A stretch of 64,000 nucleotides of DNA. Source: an uncultured Solirubrobacterales bacterium (lineage in GTDB: Bacteria > Actinomycetota > Thermoleophilia > Solirubrobacterales > Solirubrobacteraceae). The notes under the pieces were generated by a model, which worked only from the letters and a program-made list of their open reading frames with translations, did no database searches and had not been told where the DNA came from. Position 1 is the first letter of the stretch, and every line of letters begins with the position of its first letter. Made by a program: the position numbers and the translations under genes. Positions 45,681 to 54,800 of the stretch are shown in pieces. The stretch lies in contig CAWGIA010000001.1 of NCBI GenBank assembly GCA_963822535.1, positions 172,797-236,796 on the forward strand, in the 5' to 3' direction.

Positions 45681-46579
45681 CGGGCCCCAGTGCTCGTCTG
45701 GCCGGCGCGCACCGGCACCAGGTAACGGGCGTAGCTCGTGAACGGGCGGTAGCCGAGACCCAGCCAAACCGGCGCGCCCAGGCTGGAGGTCTGGCACAGG
45801 GAGATGGTGGCGTCCATCTCCTCGAAGCTGTGGGCCAGGGCCACCCAGAGGCAGCTCTCGGCCAAACCCCGGCGCTCGCCCGGTGGTGCCGAGGGAGGAA
45901 GCCGCTGGCCCTTGCGGGGCCGGCGGATGGTCGCCGCCTGACAGCCGAGGGCAACGCCGTGGCTGACCAAGGTCATCGCGGCCGAAAGTGGCTGGTCATC
46001 GAAATAGGCCACATAAGCGGCTACGTGCGGATCGGCCAGGCTGTCGGGATCGAAGAAGACCCGGGCTGCCACCTCTCGCGGCATGGCACCCATGCCCCAT
46101 GCCTCGGACACCAAGCCCAAGTAGTCCTCGCGCGCGCTCGAGGTGTCCGTGCGCCGGATCTCGACCCCCTCCGGCGGAGGCAGGTACTCGGGCAGCGCGT
46201 CAAGCACGAGTTCGGGCAGGCGCTCGAGCTCGGATAGCCCTGTCCCCTGGGCCGCCGCCTCGATGTCGGCGTCGGCGTGCTCACGGGCCCATAGGGCATA
46301 GCCGCTGCTGCGAGCGCCGAAGAACGCCCCCGCACGCTCGAGCACCTGCTCGGCGCTCAATCCGGCGCCGATCCGCAGAGCGCCGTTGCGATATGGGTTG
46401 GGCTGGCGGTGCGCACCGGCGAACAACAGCAGGCCGTCTTCCTCGTGGATGGCGCCCCCGTACTGAGCCAGGTAGCGCAGGTATGCGGCCAGACTCAGGT
46501 CGGCGAGAGTCAGCAGATCCTCTCCCCCGTCCGGCCCATCCATGGCCGGCCTATGCACCGCACGAGCCCTCGTATCCAC
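45677..46579 (-). CDS. GNAT-like acyltransferase (weak assignment)
   Basis: The C-terminal half has a GNAT-like beta4-alpha3 region (AAYVAYFDDQPLSAAMTLV...RRGLAESCLWVALAHSFE). The N-terminal half is unassigned. Confidence 0.35.
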   Translation of the reverse strand: MDTRARAVHRPAMDGPDGGEDLLTLADLSLAAYLRYLAQYGGAIHEEDGLLLFAGAHRQPNPYRNGALRIGAGLSAEQVLERAGAFFGARSSGYALWAREHADADIEAAAQGTGLSELERLPELVLDALPEYLPPPEGVEIRRTDTSSAREDYLGLVSEAWGMGAMPREVAARVFFDPDSLADPHVAAYVAYFDDQPLSAAMTLVSHGVALGCQAATIRRPRKGQRLPPSAPPGERRGLAESCLWVALAHSFEEMDATISLCQTSSLGAPVWLGLGYRPFTSYARYLVPVRAGQTSTGAR

Positions 46580-46654
46580 CGCGCGTGATGCTAGTCGATT
46601 GGCCCTGGGCGCCGTGTTTCACGGCCAGAGCGCCTTTGCAGTACGATCCCTGTC

Positions 46655-47587
46655 GTGCTAGAGGGATCTAGCTCCGGGCTGTCTGCGGGTGGGGCGACGA
46701 GTGACGCGTCTCCGCTTCGCCGTGACCTAAGCAGCGACTCCGGAGCCACAACCACCGGACCGCGCCGAGAAATCTGGTTTCGGCGGCGGGTCAATCTCCC
46801 ATTTGCCTTCCGCGAGCTGTGGAGTTTCCGCGAACTGATCCTCACGCTAGCCGAGCGCGACCTCCGAATCCGCTACAAGCAGGCGACCCTGGGGCTCGCC
46901 TGGGCGGTCATCTCTCCGGTGATGATGATGATCGCCTTCACCCTGATCTTCACCAAGGTCGCGCACGTCAAGACCGGGGGGGTTCCCTACGCGCTGTTCT
47001 CCTACATGGGGCTCCTGCCGTGGACGTTCTTCTCCACGGCCCTCAGCCAGGGCGGGACCAGCCTGACCTCGAACGTGCCGCTGCTGAACAAGCTCTACTG
47101 CCCGCGAGAGGTGTTCCCGATCGCGGCGATTGCCGACGCGGCGGTGGACGCGCTGATCGCCACCTGCGTGCTGGCGGTCCTGTTCCCCATCACCGGCTTT
47201 GCTCCGCACGCGCAGATCTACTACCTCCCGCTGTATCTGATCGTTCTGTTGATGTTCACGCTCGGCGTGACGCTGGCGGTCTCGGCGACCGTGGTGTATA
47301 TGCGCGATTTCAGCCTCGTGCTGCCGATGGTCATCCAGCTCGGACTATTCATCACGCCGGTTGTGTACGGGCCGTCGTCGATTTCCAACTCGCAGACGTT
47401 CCTCGTCGTGTATTCGATCTTGAACCCCCTTGTGCCGGTGATCGACGGCATCCGTGGCAGCGTTCTGCACGGCTCGGCCCCCCAGTGGGGCGCCCTCGGA
47501 GCCGGCGCCGTCAGCTCGCTGGTGGTCCTGATCGCCGGCTTCGTGATGTTCAAGCGGCTCGAGACCGGAATGGCGGACATTGCTTAA
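46655..47587 (+). CDS. ABC-2 type polysaccharide exporter permease (Wzm/TagG-like)
   Basis: RELILTLAERDLRIRYKQATLGLAWAVISP is the family signature, followed by six TM segments. The N-terminal 50 aa are uncertain. Confidence 0.8.
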   Translation: MLEGSSSGLSAGGATSDASPLRRDLSSDSGATTTGPRREIWFRRRVNLPFAFRELWSFRELILTLAERDLRIRYKQATLGLAWAVISPVMMMIAFTLIFTKVAHVKTGGVPYALFSYMGLLPWTFFSTALSQGGTSLTSNVPLLNKLYCPREVFPIAAIADAAVDALIATCVLAVLFPITGFAPHAQIYYLPLYLIVLLMFTLGVTLAVSATVVYMRDFSLVLPMVIQLGLFITPVVYGPSSISNSQTFLVVYSILNPLVPVIDGIRGSVLHGSAPQWGALGAGAVSSLVVLIAGFVMFKRLETGMADIA

Positions 47588-48773
47588 CGGCACCATCGAA
47601 GCCGCGGAGGTGTGGAAGCGCTTCCGGCTCGACGAGCGTCCCACGTACCTGCAGGATCGGATCGCCCAGGTTGGCGATCGGCTCCGCAGTCGCGAGGGCG
47701 AGAGCTTCCGGTGGGCGCTGCGCGACATCAGTTTCGAGGCCGCGCCGGGCGAATCCTGGGCGCTGGTGGGCGCCAACGGCGCCGGCAAGTCAACTCTCCT
47801 GAAGATCATCTCGCGCGTCATGTACCAAACTGCCGGGCGGATCTCGCTGGCCGGGCGCGTGGGGGCCCTGATCGAGGTTCGCGCCGGGATTGCGCCGCTG
47901 CTCACCGGGCGCGAGAACATTTACCTGACCGGTTCGATCATGGGTCTCAAGCGCCGTGACGTCGCCAAGCGCTTTGACGAGATCGTGGCCTTCGCCGAGC
48001 TCGACCACGCCGTCGACCGGCAGGTCAAGTACTACTCCTCCGGGATGCAGATGCGCCTCGGGTTCGGGGTCGCCGCCTACCTGTCCCCGGACATTCTGCT
48101 CGTTGACGAGGTGCTGGCCGTGGGCGATGCCACCTTCCAGCAGCGGTGCCTGGAGCGCATCCGTCATGTGCTCAGCGAGGGCACCACGCTGCTGTTCGTC
48201 TCCCACGACCTGGCCGCGGTGGAGGCCACCTGCGCCAACGGCATCTGGGTCCACAACGGGGAGGTGCAGACCATGGGACCGATCCGGGACGTGCTCGGAT
48301 CCTACCGTGGAGCCGTCGAGGGTGAGGCCAAGGCCCGCCCCAAGATCGAGGGCCTGCTTCAGGTGCCCCATGTCAGCGCTGGCGCACCCGACGGCGGCCT
48401 GGTCAAGAGTGGCGAGACGCTCGATGTGAGCCTGACCCTGCAGAGCAATGAGAGCTGCCGCGCCTGGGTCTATCTCGGGATCAGCGAGGGTGACGCCAAG
48501 CCCATCTTCCTGGTCAACCCGGGCCGCGAAACGCTCCTGGATCCAGGGGGAACCACGATCAAGTGCTCGATCCCACGACTTCCGTTGCCGCGCGGGCGCT
48601 ACTACGTGTGGTGCGGGGTGTACAAGAACTGGACCAACGGCAAGGAGCTCCTGGGCTGGCAGCCGCTGACCGATTTCGACGTCTACGGTCCCGAGCTCGA
48701 TGCCGCCCCGACGGCAGTGGTGCGGACGTCCGCCCTGCACATCGATTCCGAGTGGGAGCTCGGCGACCGCTAG
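47580..48773 (+). CDS. polysaccharide ABC exporter ATP-binding protein (Wzt/TagH-like) with C-terminal extra domain
   Basis: Walker A GANGAGKST, signature YSSGMQMRLGF, Walker B ILLVDE, and TGRENIYL, typical of the Wzt/TagH/KpsT clade. A roughly 150-aa beta-rich C-terminal extension resembles the Wzt C-terminal glycan-binding domain. Confidence 0.85.
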   Translation: MLNGTIEAAEVWKRFRLDERPTYLQDRIAQVGDRLRSREGESFRWALRDISFEAAPGESWALVGANGAGKSTLLKIISRVMYQTAGRISLAGRVGALIEVRAGIAPLLTGRENIYLTGSIMGLKRRDVAKRFDEIVAFAELDHAVDRQVKYYSSGMQMRLGFGVAAYLSPDILLVDEVLAVGDATFQQRCLERIRHVLSEGTTLLFVSHDLAAVEATCANGIWVHNGEVQTMGPIRDVLGSYRGAVEGEAKARPKIEGLLQVPHVSAGAPDGGLVKSGETLDVSLTLQSNESCRAWVYLGISEGDAKPIFLVNPGRETLLDPGGTTIKCSIPRLPLPRGRYYVWCGVYKNWTNGKELLGWQPLTDFDVYGPELDAAPTAVVRTSALHIDSEWELGDR

Positions 48774-48805
48774 CTCAGGGCCCTCGCCGCCTAGGTGAGG
48801 CTGAT

Positions 48806-51800
48806 TCAGGTGGTTCCGGCGCCGTCCAGCGCCCGGGTGAGCTCGGCCGCCAGCAGCCCCACGTACGGCTGGTGCATCATGCGCTCGTGCTGGATTCCGG
48901 GGGCGATGATCTGCCGCAGGTTGACACCGCGGCCGGCCACGCTGTCCCACGGCGTGGGGCGTTTCTCTGCATCGGTCTGAGCGCGGAAGAAGTCCACCCG
49001 GATGTCCAGGGGTCGAGGTACATAACGTATCCGGGCCAGGTTGCTGGCGATCAGCACCAGGTTCCAGGGCCGCCGGGGCAGCCAGCCGTGCAGGCCGCGG
49101 GTGGACAGGACCTCGAATACACGGGGGCCGACGCGTATGTACGCAAGCTCGATCAGCCGGCGCTGGAGGCCCTTGGCCCGGATCCGGAGCCACTGGCGCC
49201 TGCCCTGACGGTCGGCGCTGCGGAGTGTCTGTAGCTGGGCCCGCTGGGCCTGGATGCGCCGCCGCCGCTTCCGGGGCTGCCACGGGTACGCGTCGAGCAA
49301 GGCTAGGAGCGAGACGTCCTCGCCGTCGGCCATGAGCAAACGCGCCATCTCGTAGGCCACCAGCCCGGAGAAGCAGAAGCCGCCCAGCCGGTAGGGACCG
49401 TGGCGCTGAACGCGCCGGACCTCGGCCACGTAATGGCGAGCCAGCGCGTCGACGCTGCCGAGCGGTGAGGCCTGGCGGTCGACGACCCCCGGGGCCTGGA
49501 GGCCATAGACCGGGAGGTCGGCCTCGAGGCTCTCAGCCAGGTCGCGGTAGGGCAACACCTCGCCGCCCGCCCATGCGACCAGGAACAGGGGCGTGCCCTG
49601 TCCGCCCTCGCGCAGGCGGACGACCGACCCCCAGTCGATCTTCTCCCGGCGGTCACGGTCGATCAGGTCAGCCAGGCCGGCGATCGTGTCAGTCTCGAAC
49701 AGCGCCGAGAGCGGCAACCGGACTCGGAGCTGGCGCTCGATCTCGGAGAACAGACGTACGGCGAGCAGCGAATGTCCGCCGAGCTCGAAGAAGCTGTCCT
49801 GGACGCCGATCCGCTCGACCCCCAGCACCTCGCTCCAGAGCGGCGCCAGCGCGAGCTCGGTGGCCGTGGTGGGCGGGGCGAACTCCTGGGCGGCGGCCGC
49901 GCGGCTGAACTCGGGGGCCGGCAACGCCTTGACGTCCAGCTTTCCGTTCCGGGTCAGGGGCAGGGCGTCAATGAACACCCAGGCGGCGGGAATCATGAAG
50001 CTCGGCAGACGGTCAGCCAGGAACGAACGGAGCTCATCGGCCCCGGGCGGATGGGCGCCGTCCACGGCGACGATGTAGGCGGCGAGACGGACATCCCCGC
50101 TCTGAGCCGGTGAGGCGATTACCGTGGCCTCGTTCACTGCGGGATGGGTCCCGAGCGCCGCCCGAATCTCCCCCAGCTCGATCCGGAACCCCCGGATCTT
50201 GACCTGGTCATCCATCCGGCCCCGGAAGTCGAGTTCGCCCCCCGGCAGGCGGCGTGCCACATCGCCGGTGCGGTACAGGCGTCCGGGCCCGAACGGGTTC
50301 TCGATGAAGCGCTCCGCGGTCAGCTCGGAGCGGTTCAGGTAACCCCGAGCCACCCCGGCACCCCCGACGAACAGCTCGCCCACCACGCCCCGCGGGACGG
50401 GCTCGCGGTGGCGATCGAGCAGGTACAGGCTGAGATCTGGAATCGGCTCGCCGATCGGGCTGGCCGCGGACTCGCAGTCGGCGGCGAGAAGGGGACGGTA
50501 GGTCACGTGCACCGTCGTCTCGGTGATCCCGTACATGTTCACGAGCTCCGGACCCGAGTCACCAAAACGCTCGAACCAGGGCCGCAGAGCCGGCGGCTCG
50601 AGGGCCTCTCCGCCGAAGATGACCGTCCGGAGCGCCAGGCGCTCGGCCCGCTGCAGGAGCGCATCCTGGATCCCCAGGAAGAGGCTCGGGGTCGCGTTGA
50701 GGACGGTCACCTCCTGATCGCTGATCGCGGCGGCCAGCACGGCCGGGGTCCGCGTGGTCAGCCGGGGGGTGATCACCAGCCGGCCGCCGTGCGCGAGTGC
50801 ACCCCACAGCTCCCAGACACTGAAGTCGAACGCGTATGAGTGCAGCAACGTCCACACGTCGGAGGGCCCAAAGCCGTACCAGGCCTCGGTGGCGGAGAAC
50901 AGACGGGCGACCTGGCGGTGCTCGACCTGAACGCCCTTCGGACGCCCGGTGGAGCCCGAGGTATAGATCACGTAGGCGAGATCCTCGGGGCGGGCCAGCG
51001 GCTCGGGATTCTCCGCGCTCTGTTGGGCCAGCGCATCGACCTCCTGGTCCAGGCAGATGACCTGGGCCGGGCCCTCCGGCAGGCGGTCGAGCACCGAGCT
51101 GTGCAGAACGACGATCGGAGCGCCGGTGTCCTCGAGCACGAATGACAGACGCTCAGCCGGGTACTCGGGGTCCAGCGGCACGTAGGCCCCGCCGGCCTTG
51201 AGCACGCCCAGGATCGCGGCCAGCATCTCGAACGAGGGCTCGAGCAGCAGCGCGACGAGCGAACCCGGGCCGACACCCCGGGACCTGAGGCAGTGGGCAA
51301 CCTGGTTGGCACGGCGGTTGAGCTCCTCGTAGGAGATCGCGGCGCCGTCATGGGTGGCGGCGATGGTCTGCGGCCGCTCGGCCGTCGCCCGCTCGAACAG
51401 CTCGTGCATGCAGGCGACCGGGTAATCCGCCTGGGTCGCCGCTCCCGCGGCCAGGGCGAGCTCGCGCTCCTCCTCGTCCAGCAGCGGCAGCTCGGACATC
51501 GGCCGTGCCGGATCCTCGAGCGCGGACCGGAGCAGGTTCATGTAGTGGGAGAGCATCCGCTCGACGGTGGCCTCATCGAACAGGTCAGTCGAGTACTCGA
51601 TTGACAGGCGCAGGCCGTCCGCGGTCTCGGCGCCGTACAGACCAAGGTCGAACTTCGTCGTGCGTCGTGCGCCGGACACGCGCGCGGTCTGCAGGTCCTC
51701 GAGCCCCAGCGGCTCCTCGACGGTATTCAGCGCGAAGCTGACCTGGGCCAGGGGCGGGAAGCTCAGCTGGCGATCCGGGTTGAGCTCCTCGACGAGCTTC

Positions 51801-54800
51801 TCGAAGGGCAGGTCCTGATTGCTGAACGCCCCGACGGCGGTCTTGCGCACATCGTGCAGGAGCTGGCGGAACGACGGGTCATCCTCAAGGCTCGCGCGCA
51901 GCGGAAGAGTGTTGACGAAGAATCCGATCAGCCCCTCGAGCTCGGCGCGATTTCGGTTCGCCACCGGAGAGGCCACCACCACGTCCTCCTGCCCGCTATA
52001 GCGCGACAGAAGGCCCACAAATGCGGCCAGCAGCGTCATGAACAGGGTCGTCCCCTCACCCTCGCCGAGCTGCTTGACCTGGGCCAGCTCTGCCGGCCCC
52101 AGCAACTGGCGCACAACTGCACCTTTGAAGGTCTGCCGAGCCGGCCGGGGCCGGTCAGTGGGGAGCTCGAGCAGTGCCGGCGCCCCGGCCAGTTGCTCCC
52201 GCCAGTATTCGAGCTGCTGATCCAGGCCGCCGCTGCGCAGCCATTCCTGCTGCCAGGCGGCGAAGTCCCCGTACTGGATCGCGAGTGGCGCCAGCTCCGG
52301 ATCCTCGCCCCGGTGGTAGGCGCGGTACAGGGTCGAGAGCTCCCGCTGGAACACGCCGATCGACCAACCGTCGACGATGATGTGGTGCAGCGTGATGATC
52401 AGGATGTGATCGTCGGCGGCGAGGTCGATCAGGGCCGCCCTCAGAAGCGGACCGCTCGACAGGTCAAAGCCCCGGCCGGCCTCGGCGCCGACCAGGCGCT
52501 GGGCCGCCTCCTCGGCGTCCGGCGCCCCCTGAAGATCGGTCACGGCGAGAGGGACAGGGCCGGGCGCAGACACCACCTGATGGGGCGCGCCATCGATCAC
52601 GGCGAAGGTGGTTCGCAGTGACTCGTGGCGAGCGACGAGCTCGTCCAGGGCCCGGCGCAGGGCCGGCACGTCGAGCGAACCGGCCAGACGCACCGCCATG
52701 GGAACGTTGTAGGCGGGGTTGTCAGGCTCGAGCCGGTCAAGGAACCACAGCCGCTGCTCGGCATACGAAGCCGGCAGCACCACGCGCTCATCCTCCGAAC
52801 CCTCCATCCGGCGCGCCTCTCGCGGCGCAGGCAGGATCGGAGGCAGCGAGACGGCGGTGACCTGACTGCCGGCACCGCGAAGGACCGCCGCGAGGCCGGC
52901 GATCGTCGGGCTGTCGAAGATCGCGCTGAGCGCGAGCTCCACATCGAGCCGGTCACGGACGCGGGAGACCAGCCGCACCGCCAGCAGCGAGTGGCCCCCG
53001 AGCGCGAAGAAGTTGTCATCGCGCCCCACACGCTCAAGACCGAGCAGCTCGGCCCAGACATCGGCCAGCGCCTGCTCGGTGTCATCGACGGGCGGGGCGT
53101 ACTCAGCGGTCATCCGCGCCCGGTCATCCGGGGCGGGCAGCGCACGGCGGTCGACCTTGCCGTTGGGGCTCAAGGGATACTCGGCCAGCGTCACGAACGC
53201 CGCGGGAATCATGTATGCGGGCAGCGTTCGAAGCAGGAAATCGTGCAGCTCAGCCGCAGTCGGACCCGGCTCGTCCACTCGCAGGTACGCCACCAGACCG
53301 GCGCCGCTGCCGTCATCGTCGCGGGTCAGGACCAGCGCCTCCCGCACCGAGCTGTGATCGCGCAGCGCGGCCTCGATCTCACCCGGCTCGATGCGATAGC
53401 CCCGCACCTTGACCTGGTGGTCAATCCGGCCGAGAAACTCGATATTGCCGTCCGGCAGGTAACGCGCGAGGTCACCGGTGCGGTACATCCGGGTGCCGCT
53501 TCCGCTGCTCAGCGGATCCTCGACGAAGCGCTCGGCGGTCAGCTCGGGACGGCCCAGATAGCCGCGGGCCAGGGACACACCGCCGATGCAGAGCTCGCCC
53601 GGCACCCCAATCGGTACCGGCTGCAGGTGACGGTCGAGCAGGCGGACCCTGGCGCCGGAGATCGGGCGGCCGATCGGCGGGAGCGACGGCCACTCCTGCG
53701 CTTCGCCCGACAGGCGCAGGGCCGTGACGACATGGCTCTCGGTGGGGCCATAGTGGTTAAACAGCGTGCACTGCTGGTGCCGGGAGAAAAATCGGCGTAC
53801 GGCGGGGGTCACCTTCAGCTGCTCCCCAGCGGTGATGATCTCCCGCAGATCGGCAACCGACTGCTCGCTGTGCTCGGCCGCCTCGCACAGGTTCTGCAGC
53901 GCCACGAACGGCAGGAACAGGCGCTCGACGCGCTCGTGCGCGAGCAGCCTGAGGAGACCTTCGGGGTCGCGGCGGACCGCCTCGTCGGCCAACACCAGCG
54001 TGCCGCCCGAGCACCAGGTGGAGAAGATCTCCTGGAACGCGACGTCGAACGACAGCGAGGCGAACTGAAGGGTGCGGGCGGGACCCGGCGCAGTGCTGTG
54101 GAGCTGCCAGGCCAGCAGGTTGGCCAGCGGCCGATGAGGCATTGCCACGCCCTTGGGCTGCCCCGTGGAACCTGACGTGTAGAGAACGTAGGCGAGGTTG
54201 TCGGGCGTGGGCTCGGCTGGCGCTGGGACGTTCTCCGCGGAGACGGTCGACTCCCAATCGGAGTCAAGGCAGACGGTGAGCGCGTCCCGGTCCGGCAGGC
54301 CGGACAGCAGATGCTGCTGGGTGAGCAGAACGGGGGCGTCGGAGTCGGCCAGCATGAACTTGATCCGCTCGGCCGGGTAAGCCGGATCGATCGGCGCGTA
54401 GGCGCCGCCCGCCTTGAGCACACCGAGCACGGCCACCACCATTTCCACCGAGCGCTCGGCACAGATCGCCACCACGGTGTCCGGTCCGACCCCGAGCTCA
54501 CGCAGGTGAGACCCCAGCCGGTCGGCCTGGGCATCGAGATCGGCGTAGCTGAGGCGCTGGCCCGCGTGGTCCACAGCGATCGCCTGCGGGGTGCGGCGGG
54601 CCTGGTCAGCCACGAGCTCGTGCACGCACCGTGGGGCTGGGCTCTCGGTCTCCCCCCCGGTGCTCCAGCGGTCGAGCACCAGCTCTCGCTCCTCGGCCGG
54701 GAGCAGGTTCAGCTCGGACACCGGGCGGGAAGGATCGGCGAGGATCGCCTCGAGCAGCGTCTCGAAATGCCGCAGCATCCGCTGGATCGTGGTCTCGTCG

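Noticed and set aside
47790-49283. 497-aa ORF antisense to wzt and the NRPS TE region
   Set aside because: It spans two convergent, well-supported genes. Its composition is Pro/Arg/Gly/Ala-biased and it has no motifs. Shadow ORF.
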